From: Nitrosopumilus sp.
Lineage (GTDB): Archaea; Thermoproteota; Nitrososphaeria; Nitrososphaerales; Nitrosopumilaceae
Direction of reading: 5' to 3'
Length of the DNA stretch: 64,000 nt
Assembly: GCA_965218785.1 (NCBI GenBank)
Contig: OZ244650.1
Span: 1,120,001 to 1,184,000, forward strand
Shown: one piece after another, positions 52,610 through 63,339 of the stretch
Numbering within the stretch: the stretch's first letter is position 1
How the letters are laid out: each line of letters opens with the position of its first letter
The notes under the pieces: generated by a model
Told to the model about the DNA's origin: nothing
Seen by the model: the letters and a program-made list of their open reading frames with translations, nothing else
The model's database searches: none
Program-made: the position numbers and the translations under genes

Positions 52610-53074
52610 CTAATTGTTTGTTAGCATTTCATTTAGGATGATAATTCGTTTAATCTCTTTATCATAATTCGTTCGTTTCATTTTCATGCGTTGTTCATAA
52701 TATGGTATTTTATGTTTATCTAATCCTATTCTACTTTGCATTTTGTATATAAAATCAATCCAATCCTTACAAGGTGGACATAACCGATCTTTCTTTGTCA
52801 ATTCCGCAGGAATTACGATATCCGGAGAGAATTTCATTTTGTATAGAATGTCCGGCTGGATAAAAAAGAAATCATCATCTCTACAGTAACCATCATACCC
52901 ATGCCGAATAGAACCCTTTGAACGATCTCTGAGCCCACAAATACCACAAGTATATTCTGGTATTGACTCTTCTTCTTCATATTCTGGTATTTCATGGATT
53001 TTCACGGATTGGTATAGGTCTGCAAGAAATACATCTTCAGTTTCAGGATATTGCTCATCATCCCAATATCTCAT
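52610..53074 (-). CDS. Hypothetical protein with CxxC pairs
   Basis: YTCGICG...LCPPCKDW; acidic N-terminus. Confidence 0.5.
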   Translation of the reverse strand: MRYWDDEQYPETEDVFLADLYQSVKIHEIPEYEEEESIPEYTCGICGLRDRSKGSIRHGYDGYCRDDDFFFIQPDILYKMKFSPDIVIPAELTKKDRLCPPCKDWIDFIYKMQSRIGLDKHKIPYYEQRMKMKRTNYDKEIKRIIILNEMLTNN

Positions 53075-53212
53075 AATTTTCAGAGATTTACAAAGATGAA
53101 AAACATTCCGTCAATATGATCTGCTCAATGATGAATAATTTGTACGGGGACAGGAAAAATTAAGATGACTGAAATTTTTTAATTCCAAGATTTGTAACAA
53201 TTCATTTTAAAC

Positions 53213-54052
53213 TTAGATGTGAACGACAGATTTCTCCTGTTTTGCTTTAATTTTTTTACTGCAAAATTTTGCAAATTCCTTTTCATTGTAATTCACCTCG
53301 TTTAGTACATCATTCTCAACTGATCCAATCTGCGGGTATTCATCATATGTTTTCCCATTCAAGACACGCCCACCAGATTTTGGTCTGAATCCGCCCCACT
53401 GCTTGAAGAAGACAGCAACCTTTTGCCTTTTGCACTGTTTGATGATATCCACCACCCATTCTTTCTTGACTGGTCTGAATTTTGCACCGCTTTCACCGCC
53501 TATTATCACCCAGTCAATTCCAGATAAATCCAGCCTTCCCATGGAATCCAAAAGTGGTTCGATGCTTAGGAACCTGGTATGACACTTTACGTTCCTTAAT
53601 GCATCAATTCTCCATCTAAAATCCTCATTCTCAACACTGGTGCCCATCCAAATGTGGTGAGGTATAACATCTGCAAAATAGTTTTTAAAAAATATGGAAA
53701 AATCAGACATGATATCCGGACGTTTGGTTAGAACCTGGTAAACATGATGATTACCTTTCAACATTGTGTAAAAACAACTTCCAATAAACTCCATCCTGGA
53801 TTGTTCATGAAAAAGATCCGACATGCTATTAACAAAAATTTTTTTTGGTTTTTTCCAAGTTAACGGAAGCTCCAAATCTTGGGGTTGCTCTGTGAATTCA
53901 AAGACATTCTTGTATTTTTTAACACCCATTGCGTTTAATCGCTTTGAGAGTTTTTCAGCATAACAGTTCTTACATCCGGGGGAGATTTTAGTGCATCCCG
54001 TGGTTGGGTTCCATGTAGCCTCGGTCCATTCAATGGATGAATTGGTTGCCAT
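53213..54052 (-). CDS. DUF5131 (phage Gp37/Gp68) family protein
   Basis: SSIEWTEATWNPTTGCTKISPGCKNCYA, FVNSMSDLFH, LTKRP, DWVIIGGESG, FFKQWGG. Confidence 0.92.
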   Translation of the reverse strand: MATNSSIEWTEATWNPTTGCTKISPGCKNCYAEKLSKRLNAMGVKKYKNVFEFTEQPQDLELPLTWKKPKKIFVNSMSDLFHEQSRMEFIGSCFYTMLKGNHHVYQVLTKRPDIMSDFSIFFKNYFADVIPHHIWMGTSVENEDFRWRIDALRNVKCHTRFLSIEPLLDSMGRLDLSGIDWVIIGGESGAKFRPVKKEWVVDIIKQCKRQKVAVFFKQWGGFRPKSGGRVLNGKTYDEYPQIGSVENDVLNEVNYNEKEFAKFCSKKIKAKQEKSVVHI

Positions 54053-54217
54053 GAATTGTCTTTACCTGATATGATACGCTATAAACTGCTATCGGTTTAG
54101 CAGCACTCAAGAGATGTGGGATGCAGTGTCTCATTTAGATAGGGTCCACCACATCTGATCTGATGTTTATCCATATGAACAGGATGATTTATCTATTCAA
54201 ATTGCTAGTGACCAAGT

Positions 54218-54700
54218 ATGCAGTCTGAAATTTCACCATCAAAACTGGTCACACTTTTCAAAGGCATTGAAAAGCCGATTTCAATAAATGGATTCTGTGA
54301 CAAATTGAAAATCCAAAAAATCGCTTATCTGGCACATACATATGGTGTTGATTTGGATTATCCTTTTGAATGGTACATCCGCGGCCCTTATTGCAGGCAG
54401 GTTTCTGAACACGTCCATGAAATTATCAATGCCAAAACAGGGCATACAGACTTTGCCGGATTAGACGAGTCTAAAATAACCAAGTTTGGAGAGTTATTAA
54501 GACCATACATCAATGATACGGACTGGCTGGAAATTGCAGGATCCTTGGTGTATTTGCGCAATGAAAATTATGCAGAAAGACCATTAGAAGACATTATCGG
54601 GTATCTAATTGAAGATTTGATCTGGGGTTACAAAAATTTTGATGAAAGTTTGGTTCGTTCTGTAATTACTGAAATGTCCCGCATGGAATTAATCAAATAA
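54218..54700 (+). CDS. YwgA/DUF4065 (Panacea-like) antitoxin-type protein
   Basis: LKIQKIAYLA...YPFEWYIRGPYC...WLEIAGSLVYL. Confidence 0.65.
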   Translation: MQSEISPSKLVTLFKGIEKPISINGFCDKLKIQKIAYLAHTYGVDLDYPFEWYIRGPYCRQVSEHVHEIINAKTGHTDFAGLDESKITKFGELLRPYINDTDWLEIAGSLVYLRNENYAERPLEDIIGYLIEDLIWGYKNFDESLVRSVITEMSRMELIK

Positions 54701-54741
54701 TAACACCATTGTAGGGTTTTTCTTGCAGTTATCTAGGATGG

Positions 54742-54965
54742 TGGTCTTGCCGCCGTTGATTAATTTCTCCCTCTATTGATAGAATGTCGGAGGATGTATG
54801 TTATGTTTGCGGCAGTTCTGCCATGCTGATCCGGGTGTTTATGGGTTCTAGGGTGATTCTTGCCTTTTCCTGTGGCGTGAATTTGCTCTTTACCAGTGTG
54901 TTTTACCGCCTAACTTGTTCAAAAAGTGTGTATACACGGGTCTCATTCTAGTGAGGTCTCCACCA
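54742..54965 (-). pseudogene. Degraded IS3 orfA plus left end
   Basis: Diverged copy of 15075-15301 with stops and indels, ending gtgaggtctccacCA. Confidence 0.8.
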
Positions 54966-55049
54966 TTACGATCCAAGCTTTACATGGAGAGTGTCATGGA
55001 TAACATGCTGGACAAATACAGGAATGTGTAAGACGAGCACATCGTAAAG

Positions 55050-55262
55050 TTGGTAAAAAGACTCGACAGGGTTATACTCAACATGTTTGTGTTTTTGCAG
55101 TATCCTGTGGATCCAACAAACAATGCAGCAGAGCGTGCACTGCGTTATGCTGTTGTATTCAGGAAGATAAGCGGACAGATTCGGGGGGATCAGTCAATGA
55201 GGAGGATGTCCAACATCATGACGTGTGTCCTGACATGGAGGACACATGAAAAAACATCGTAG
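55050..55262 (+). pseudogene. IS66-family transposase C-terminal remnant
   Basis: VDPTNNAAERALRYAVVFRKISG motif. Confidence 0.8.
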
Positions 55263-55350
55263 AGGAGGTCATGACTAGGATTTAGGGCAGGTGGCCTCAT
55301 ACACTAAATTATCAGAATTATATATATAATATTAAAACTATCAATCAATA

Positions 55351-55766
55351 TTGGAGCTTGATATCCTTGGTATATCTGGTATAATTGCAATTTTCCTGAC
55401 AGTTTTTGTTTTAACACGGACATATCGTAAACAATCAAGGGTTGATTCAGCTAATTTTGGTTTGAACTTGGCCAACGCTCTAACGAAAACTTATAATGAA
55501 AGACCAGAAAAAAGTGATAATACAAAAAAATATAATCATGACTTGAGAATATGGAAAGATAGATTATTTTATGAGATGGAAACAGCATCCATGTTGACTA
55601 AAAAAAAATCATAGAAGAGGACTTCGCATTTCAGTTTTTTGGACATATTTTAAAAGCAATTAATAAAAATGAAGAGTATAAAAATGAGATTACAAAAAAA
55701 AATAGGCATGATCCAGCAGTGTATGATAATTTCGTTTGGTTATTAAATAAATTAAATCCAAATTAA
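55351..55766 (+). CDS. Membrane-anchored DUF4760-like protein, frameshifted in an A9 run
   Basis: N-terminal TM; one extra A at 55600-55608 extends the frame through IIEEDFAFQFFG...VYDNFVWL to TAA at 55766. Confidence 0.5.
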
Positions 55767-56010
55767 AAGAAAAATAGATTCATGCAACTCAAGGATACCA
55801 AATTAGATCCCTAATCATTTACCAATCATTATCAGAAATTCCGATTGTGCCTTGACTCGACCCTCATCTCACGAGGGATCCGGCAGCCTGCGGTAAAACA
55901 CGTCACTACTACATATAGTGACACACAAATGTTTTTGAGATCAATTTTATCAAACCAAAAACTACAAGGATCATGGTTGCAGGGTTTAGAAGAGATACAA
56001 TACCACCCTA

Positions 56011-57683
56011 CTGTTATTTCACTCTGGAACACTGCTAGTTGCGGCAATCGTGGTTTTCCCGGTATTTGAGGATAACGTGGATGCAAAGTTGCTGGCCGCA
56101 TTGGTAAGCGGGGAGATGACGTAAGAAGAGTATGATACGGCTAAAAAATATTGTCAAGTAACGGGGGGTCCACAGACAAGTTGGTGCTGGGAATAAACAG
56201 GATCGTGCTTTTGGTATCAGTTGTATGGCTGATAGTCGGAATAAGACAGTGGGTTATACTTTCACGATGGGGCAAGAGATACAAGGTATTCAAAAAGGGC
56301 AGGGATGAGGCAGATAAAAAACTGCAAGAGGAGGAGGATGATAAACAGTGATTCTAGATGATGGTTTAGTACGCTAGGATAACCGTGTGTGCGATAGTTT
56401 CTTTTTTGGGAAATTCCTCAGTACGGGATAGCCGTGTGTGCGGGCGTTTTTGTAATGTCAGTTAATATCATGATCATCATAGTTTAGTGCATCAAGTGAT
56501 TTTTCTATCATCTTGTTTAGCTTGTGACTCTTGTTCTTCTTGTATGTGTCGTTACGATCTATAGTAGTTTTCCCATGTAGTTATGTGGCGGAAGATTCCA
56601 CAGTTTCTCACAGTTGCATACTTGGCATAATAAAACCAGGTTCCATATCTCGGTGTTGCAGATATGGTCAAATGGTATAACGTGGTCTACGTGCGTGTAT
56701 CGGTCATAGTTTAGCCTGCTGTCACAGTAAAAGCAGTTATCCGTAAACAGTTTTAATTTATTCATGAATTTTCGCTGATCACGTGCGTCAGGTGTCATGC
56801 CCTCGATTTTTTGTATCATTCTCGGTGTGCCAAAGTTTCGCATCTCAAGAAATCGGATCCATTCAAGAATTACAGATTTGTGCAAAGGCATAAAATTTTC
56901 TTTGAAAAAACGTATCGCGTCTGGATTGAGCAGTATGCCTCCTTTCGGATCCGTCCTTTTGTTGCCAAATGAATCCTTGTAATCTATTGCAAAATAATCG
57001 TAGAATATCTTTCTCCCGATTCTGCCAATTGACTGAAATCTGTGTATGACATCCTTGCTGCATATGCGTATAATCTCTTTAACACAGTTTGCCACTTTGT
57101 CAGGCTCTTCGTCTTGAATCTTTTCAAATGATTGTGGATATGTGTTAATCAAATTCCTTGTGTATTTCAGTTATGACGCTGAGAATCTGGTTTTTTGGTC
57201 CATGTCGGAGCTTGGATTTGCATTCCTGCAGCCAGCAATATTTAAAAAAGTATTTTGCAATCTCTGAATATTTGACCCTCTGCTTGTCACATCTATGACT
57301 GTGCTCCAAAAGAAACCTTGCAAGTACAAATTTGTACGTGTTGTTTTTTGATCTCTTGGATAAAATTCCTATGAAGGTGTAGCGGAACTCCTCATCGTCG
57401 ATATTCTTAAACTTCATACAATGCGTTGTCTATAGAATTCTGTTGTTGATAAATTTTATCCTTTTAGATCAAAGAAGGATTTGTAGTCGCACGAATTTGT
57501 AAGATATCAGGAAGTAGAGGCAGTCATTGCAGAAGATTAAAGAGATTACAACCACTCCAGAATTCACGCGATGTTAGGATATGTGACGGCTGGGGAATTC
57601 TTATCACGATGGGAGATGAGAAATAAGTGAAGGCGACTGTAAAAATATGAAAAAAGAAGTCTCATTTAAAGGGGTTCACTCCA
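56011..57683. pseudogene. Degraded duplicate of 11918-13589 (membrane protein 3' part, HNH nuclease, IS3 right end)
   Basis: Colinear similarity throughout. Stops in the membrane gene; HNH split into 57145-57417 and 56559-57152 and truncated; ends ggttcactcCA. Confidence 0.9.
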
Positions 57684-57850
57684 AAGACAAGAAAGAAAGA
57701 GAGGCTATACATGATCGGAGGGTGAATTATTTTTCGGATTCACCACCAAAATCAATCAGAAAAAGAGACATCATACCAATAAAATCTGCCATATTACTCA
57801 GATTACAACGTTAAGTTTATTCATTCCTAAAATATCAAACATGTATTCAA

Positions 57851-59008
57851 ATGTCAGAGGAAATAATAGTGGGGGAATCAGTAGATTTAAAACATATCTT
57901 AGAAAAAGAACCCACGATAGAAGATCGTATTGCAGAAATGAGACCAGATGCTAAAGATGGTAAAGTAGTTGCATTTATCGGAGATTCAGGATGTGGAAAA
58001 ACAGTTGTTTCAGCATTATTAAAACATGCATTATCTAAACATTTTATTCCAAATAGTAAAGGAGAGTGGGAAGCAGTACCAAGTAGTGGTTATGAATTTA
58101 TCAATTCAGTAATTTCTGAAATGAAAAAAGGGAAGTTCCCAGATCAAACATTAGAGGAAGATTATCCAAAATTGATCATAGATGTGTATCATACAAAAGG
58201 AAATACTACAAAAATTAAACTAGTATTGCGAGACATGTCCGGTGAAAATTATACTAAATTATTAAGTACAGAAAATCCTAATTTTGAAGAACAAATGAAT
58301 GCACTACTAGATGATCCAGAAAAAAATGTATATATAATATTTGCAAAAATATATGTGATATTAATTGATTGTTCGCAAAAAGATAATTGGGATGCAGACC
58401 CATCATACATTACATCAACAATAAGTAAACTAAAAGAATTCAAAGAAAAAATACACTGTTATGAAGAAGATAAAAAAATCAATAATCCAATTGCAATAAT
58501 TTTTACTAAAGCAGATAGATTGAAAGAAGCAGATCAAATAAAAACCGCTAAAGAATTAATGAAAGAATATCCAGGTTTAGAATCAAGTCTAAATATCAAT
58601 CAAGATGGCTCTAGAGGTTTCTTCAAAGTTAGTGTAGATTCCAAATTAGAAACATCTCATGAAGCAGAAAAAAGAATTAGAGACATAAAAGAACGATTAG
58701 AAAAGAAATTTTTGTTGAAAAAAAATGCACTTAAAACTACGATGAACATCGCAATAGACAAAGCAATTATAGATGTAGAAAGAAATTCTCTGGAGGAGGA
58801 TCAAACTGAAGAGATGATAAACGTAGCCAAAGAAAAAGCAAAGAATGCAGTTCTTGAAAAATACAAAAAAGAATTATCAGAAGAGATGCCCAAATTAAAA
58901 AATAAAGAAAGGCATTTGATACAAAAATGGAATGTTAAAACCCCCTTAAATTATTCAGAAACAGAATACAATAGATTCATTTCATGGATTTTTGAAAATT
59001 TGTCGTAA
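57851..59008 (+). CDS. TRAFAC GTPase (double-GTPase 2-like) with a coiled-coil insert
   Basis: G1 FIGDSGCGKT, G3 LRDMSGE, G4 IFTKAD, G5-like FKVS. Confidence 0.75.
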   Translation: MSEEIIVGESVDLKHILEKEPTIEDRIAEMRPDAKDGKVVAFIGDSGCGKTVVSALLKHALSKHFIPNSKGEWEAVPSSGYEFINSVISEMKKGKFPDQTLEEDYPKLIIDVYHTKGNTTKIKLVLRDMSGENYTKLLSTENPNFEEQMNALLDDPEKNVYIIFAKIYVILIDCSQKDNWDADPSYITSTISKLKEFKEKIHCYEEDKKINNPIAIIFTKADRLKEADQIKTAKELMKEYPGLESSLNINQDGSRGFFKVSVDSKLETSHEAEKRIRDIKERLEKKFLLKKNALKTTMNIAIDKAIIDVERNSLEEDQTEEMINVAKEKAKNAVLEKYKKELSEEMPKLKNKERHLIQKWNVKTPLNYSETEYNRFISWIFENLS

Positions 59009-59014
59009 TAAATT

Positions 59015-60733
59015 ATGTTAATCATAGAACAATTCATCTATACTAGTGCCAATATAGGAGGAAAAAAAGGTTATCAAATTGTTGCAAAAAGTGATGAAGT
59101 ATCAGATAAAATAATTTCTGAAATAAATCCATATTTGTATCCATTAGGTGTAACTTCCAGTAAATTCATTGAATCCTGTTCTTTGCTTCTACTTGGAAAT
59201 AAAATAACATATTCAAAAATAAAAAATATCGGGATAGGTCATGATGGAAGAAATAATACAATTTACAATCACACATTAATAATGAATGTTGAAGATTTTA
59301 AAAAAATCTTAAACGATACTAGAATTTTAGACCAATATTATATAGAAGACTCTACACTTGAAGGGGAATTACCACAATTAAAAATTGAGGAAGGATCTAG
59401 AGTTAAAGACATCATCGTACCAAATGAAATTAATGAACATATACGTGAAATAATGCATGCACTTTTTAATCAAAAATCAATAGCATTTTGTTCATTAGAT
59501 AATATAGAATTAATTCAAAAAATTCTTAGTCTATTACCGCCATCAATGAGATTAATTTCATTTTCAACATTAGTTGTTCAACCATCTCAACAACCAAAAT
59601 ATCGGTTGATTGGGATTGAAAAATCTTCAAAAATAATATTAAATAACAAATTCACTAGAATAGATTTAGAACAAAACAACACCAAAAATAAACGAATATT
59701 AGATGATTCAATAGATTATTTTGTAGATTTATTAAATTCTCATGATATAAAAAAAATTGAAAAGTTTAACAAACAATTTGAGATGTTATCTGGAAATGAT
59801 TTCAAAACCAAACTAACTGTATTGTTCAATATTAAAGAATTTGAGAAATGTCTCGAAAGACCAAACAGGCAAAATAAATCTAACAAAATAATGGATTTGT
59901 TAATTAATTTTGAACCGGCATCAGCTTCTTCAATATATGATAAAATTAGAAATGATTTATCTTCAAACACAATTCAAAAATACATTGTAGAATTTGAGAT
60001 TCCACAAATTTTAAAGGATTTTAAAATGATTCCAATCAAAAAAAACAATATTGAAAATATGTTCAACAGATTAAGTGATGGAGTCTTAGAATCTAGACTA
60101 AAACTACTATCAAAATTAATGGATAAACGCAAAGAAGATTTTTTGGAATACGGCGCATCTTTAATTATAGATACAAGAAATGCATATTACAATATTATAA
60201 TATACAGAGCATTTGTTGAAAAGGATTATTTACATAAATGTATTTTTGAATCGCTGAATGAAAAAAATCATATTCAAGATTATGTGAGAAGAGGAATTTT
60301 TGAAAAAATGTTTATGCTTTCAGTTAAACACAATCCTAAATTGACATTATCGATTTTAGATCATGATAATTTCATACTAGATGATATGCATGATTCGTTA
60401 TTTTTTAAAAAATTAGTAAAAAATTCATTAAATTTTACTATTGTTAAAATCATCAAAGCAGATATGCTTTTGAGCATATCAAGAAGAATATTTCAAAAAA
60501 TACTCAAACCCACTCAAATAACTAAATCTTCAGGAACTATGGAATTGCAAAATTCGGTTTTAGAGTCCCTTTTAGAAATTGCAGAATTCCTTATAGAAAT
60601 ATTAGAATTGACTTTACAAAATCCAGAAACAAACAACAGTATGCATAATGACATACTTCTGCTAAATGACGAAATCCAACAATTCATTAAAAAAAGAAAG
60701 ATTAATCAACCATTCAGATACTCTTGGTTTTAG
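59015..60733 (+). CDS. GAP1-N2-like (GTPase-associated protein 1) domain protein
   Basis: EQFIYTSA..GKKGYQIVAKS...GHDGRNNTIYNHTLI; LLPPSMRLISFST; 6 bp downstream of the GTPase. Confidence 0.65.
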   Translation: MLIIEQFIYTSANIGGKKGYQIVAKSDEVSDKIISEINPYLYPLGVTSSKFIESCSLLLLGNKITYSKIKNIGIGHDGRNNTIYNHTLIMNVEDFKKILNDTRILDQYYIEDSTLEGELPQLKIEEGSRVKDIIVPNEINEHIREIMHALFNQKSIAFCSLDNIELIQKILSLLPPSMRLISFSTLVVQPSQQPKYRLIGIEKSSKIILNNKFTRIDLEQNNTKNKRILDDSIDYFVDLLNSHDIKKIEKFNKQFEMLSGNDFKTKLTVLFNIKEFEKCLERPNRQNKSNKIMDLLINFEPASASSIYDKIRNDLSSNTIQKYIVEFEIPQILKDFKMIPIKKNNIENMFNRLSDGVLESRLKLLSKLMDKRKEDFLEYGASLIIDTRNAYYNIIIYRAFVEKDYLHKCIFESLNEKNHIQDYVRRGIFEKMFMLSVKHNPKLTLSILDHDNFILDDMHDSLFFKKLVKNSLNFTIVKIIKADMLLSISRRIFQKILKPTQITKSSGTMELQNSVLESLLEIAEFLIEILELTLQNPETNNSMHNDILLLNDEIQQFIKKRKINQPFRYSWF

Positions 60734-61620
60734 AAAGAAATATGGCCAGTACTCTTGCTAGAGTTTTAGAACAAAAAGGTAGTGATTTATTGTTAGATAA
60801 TCAAAGATTGTGCAAACATCAAAAAACACTACAAAAAACATTGATCATAACTATCGCTTTGATAATAACAGCAGTATTTTATCCATTAATGAAACTTGAA
60901 TTAATTGAATTTCTAAATGAAATTATTCATCATTGGATAATTGTGTTTGCAATAATTTTTTTGGTAAGTAGTGTAATTATATGGATTAAAACTAAACATA
61001 TTAAGAATAAAGTTTCATCCGTAGATTTAGCTTTTTTATTTTCATATAAAGCATATATGGCATTAGAAGCATATTCAGATCGTTCACAATTTAAATCAAG
61101 ATTAAAAAATTTAGAATATGCAATAGAAAATATCAACAGACTAAGTTACAAAATATCTCTCGGATGGAAAACATTTATCAAATATAATGATATTTTACCT
61201 AATTTTGATAAAAACATGAATACTTTTGTAAATAGTTTAACTGGATTAAAAATAGCATTAAAAAAAGAAACACATAAACCAATTAAAATCCAAGTAGCAT
61301 TAATAGAAGTAATGGAATTTTTAAATAATAATAAAAATAATTTTAAAAAAATTAACAAAGAACTGGAAGAATATAATTTTTTAAATCAAACAACAAGCAT
61401 TAAACAAAAAATTAAAGAATCTATGATGAACGGAAAAAATCTAAAACATACAGTTAGGATATCATTTCTTTTATTAATAAGTATATTTCCAACAATTATA
61501 ATAATATTAATAGATCCAAGTTTCATAGCTAATGCCATAACTATTGGTGGAATTTTTACAGTGATATTATTGGGATCATACGTTGCACCACTATTAAAAA
61601 AACTAGCAATGAGCGAATAA
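60724..61620 (+). CDS. Four-TM membrane protein
   Basis: Two TM hairpins flanking a helical domain; immediately downstream of or overlapping the GAP1-like gene. Confidence 0.65.
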   Translation: MVLERNMASTLARVLEQKGSDLLLDNQRLCKHQKTLQKTLIITIALIITAVFYPLMKLELIEFLNEIIHHWIIVFAIIFLVSSVIIWIKTKHIKNKVSSVDLAFLFSYKAYMALEAYSDRSQFKSRLKNLEYAIENINRLSYKISLGWKTFIKYNDILPNFDKNMNTFVNSLTGLKIALKKETHKPIKIQVALIEVMEFLNNNKNNFKKINKELEEYNFLNQTTSIKQKIKESMMNGKNLKHTVRISFLLLISIFPTIIIILIDPSFIANAITIGGIFTVILLGSYVAPLLKKLAMSE

Positions 61621-62309
61621 TTAAAAAATATCTAATTAATCTAATCTCAAAGAGGGTTTTTGTTTTCAAAATCTTCAATTTTTTGTTTTAATTCACTAGC
61701 AGAAAATTTGTGAATGTAATCAACAGTTTCAAATAGATAATGCTTAGGGAATTTTTCTAAAAGGAATAGATGTTACTCTTTTGTTTTTGTACTCTCAAGA
61801 TAATTTTCAAAGATCAGAATGGAACTAGATTTTATATTTCTCCATACTTAATAATTAAAATGATGGTTTTGTAAACGTGGACATGTGATTATATTTTTCC
61901 ATTCGTTAAAAAATGGAATATTGAAAAAATTCTAATTTCCGGTGCTAATACTAGGGCATGCTCAATCATCATTCATACACAACTAATATTTTTTACACTG
62001 TTAAATCTACAAGGTTTTTCAACTGTAGGCTACATTAAATTCTTAGAGACATTTCATATTCTCTCAAAATTCTGCAAATTTAGAGACATTGGATTACAGG
62101 TCTCGACAAGCATAAATTAGATCGAGTGTTAAAAATTATCGTGTAATCCCCTTTGCCTGCAATATTGTGAAAAACAATGACGACTGTATTTGGCATCAGG
62201 TATCAAACAGACATGATTTCATCATAAATTAAGAAAACAGACCCTGATGATAATTAGGCAACAACGCGATCAAGATCATAAATAAATATAATAAAAAACC
62301 ACGGATGAC

Positions 62310-62588
62310 ATGACAAATAAATGGTATCATGTAAGTTATGATTTAACAGAATCGGATAATGAGGATTATAATAATTTAATAGAAAAAATTAAAAAATTTC
62401 CAGGATATACACATATACTAAAATCAAGTTGGATTATTAATTCAAATAAGACATCACTTGAAATAAGAGAATCATTGGTGAATGCTATGAGGAAAAACAT
62501 TAAAATTTTTATCTCTGAAATAGACAAAAACTACGCATATCAGCTAAATAAATCAGATGTTGATTTTCTTCGTGATCAATTGTCTTGA
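62310..62588 (+). CDS. Small Cas2/VapD-like ferredoxin-fold protein (SinR-annotated family)
   Basis: YHVSYDL...YNNLIEKIKKF...HILKSSWII...IFISEI. Confidence 0.6.
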   Translation: MTNKWYHVSYDLTESDNEDYNNLIEKIKKFPGYTHILKSSWIINSNKTSLEIRESLVNAMRKNIKIFISEIDKNYAYQLNKSDVDFLRDQLS

Positions 62589-62764
62589 CATAATTATATG
62601 AGACTAACACAATTAATTCAGATTTTTAATCAATTTCTCAAATTATTCTAATAAAAAAAGCTAAGGATTTTTGAATGTAGTTACGGTCAGAAAGAATTGT
62701 GGAGGATATACTAATACGATTACTCATACGATTCTTTAGACCTGTTATCTTGGTTACATTGTAC

Positions 62765-62890
62765 TGATCAAGACATGAGATAAAATCTGAGATGTTTTAA
62801 TCGGAGCAGACGGTCGGCACGCATAATTTCAGACACTAAATAATTAATATTTCTAAACTCAAATTTAGAAATGTTTTATATTTACTGCCT
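62765..62890 (+). repeat. ~120-bp direct repeat, copy 1, with an 11-6-11 palindrome at 62847-62874
   Basis: ctgatcaagacatgagataaaatc...atatttctaaa-ctcaaa-tttagaaatgt-tttatatttactgcct. Confidence 0.85.
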
Positions 62891-62924
62891 ACAATCAGTC
62901 TTGCAGATAAACCACAGTAAATTC

Positions 62925-63236
62925 ATGGATTTTCAAGAATTTTGGAAAATCCTATCAATCGAGCTAAAACATACTAAAAGATTTAAGACTCTGAGACAAA
63001 ATAAGTCACTTGAGACCAGTTGTAGAGATGCCAGTTCCATAGAGGTCACACCTGATTCAACCAGAGAATCAAGGAGAATCCAAATCGAACAATTTCAAGG
63101 AATGTGGTACATTATGAAAAATGAGCCCAGAAGCAAAAGATACGTCAATACCAACCAAAGATACTATTCGTTTTGGAATTCTTCATATATCCGTGCATTG
63201 ATTGATCATATCGTAGCTGATCAAGGCATGAAGTAA
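62925..63236 (+). CDS. Hypothetical protein (~103 aa)
   Basis: Probable start MDFQEFWK downstream of a TTTATA box in repeat 1; its 3' end forms the start of repeat 2. Confidence 0.65.
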   Translation: MDFQEFWKILSIELKHTKRFKTLRQNKSLETSCRDASSIEVTPDSTRESRRIQIEQFQGMWYIMKNEPRSKRYVNTNQRYYSFWNSSYIRALIDHIVADQGMK

Positions 63237-63339
63237 AATCAGAGATGTGTTAATCGGAGCAGACATCACGCATAACGACACGTACTAAACAACCAATATT
63301 TCCAAATTCGAGTTTAGAAACATTATATATTTACTGCCT
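63217..63339 (+). repeat. ~120-bp direct repeat, copy 2 (palindrome at 63296-63323)
   Basis: ctgatcaaggcatgaagtaaaatc...atatttccaaa-ttcgag-tttagaaacat-tatatatttactgcct. Confidence 0.85.

Noticed and set aside
52610-54052. Provirus suggested by the Gp37/Gp68 gene
   Set aside because: No capsid, terminase, portal or integrase genes; DUF5131 is common in non-viral islands.
1507-55262. IS66 N- and C-terminal fragments bracketing the island as one split element
   Set aside because: They lie on opposite strands pointing away from each other, with no recognisable matching IRs; more simply independent remnants.
61640-61850. Possible decayed gene on the minus strand (...EKFPKHYLFETVDYIHKFSASELKQKIEDFENKNPL*)
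   Set aside because: Broken by stops and too short to assign; similar unassignable debris lies at 17900-18150, 30840-31020 and 35760-36170.
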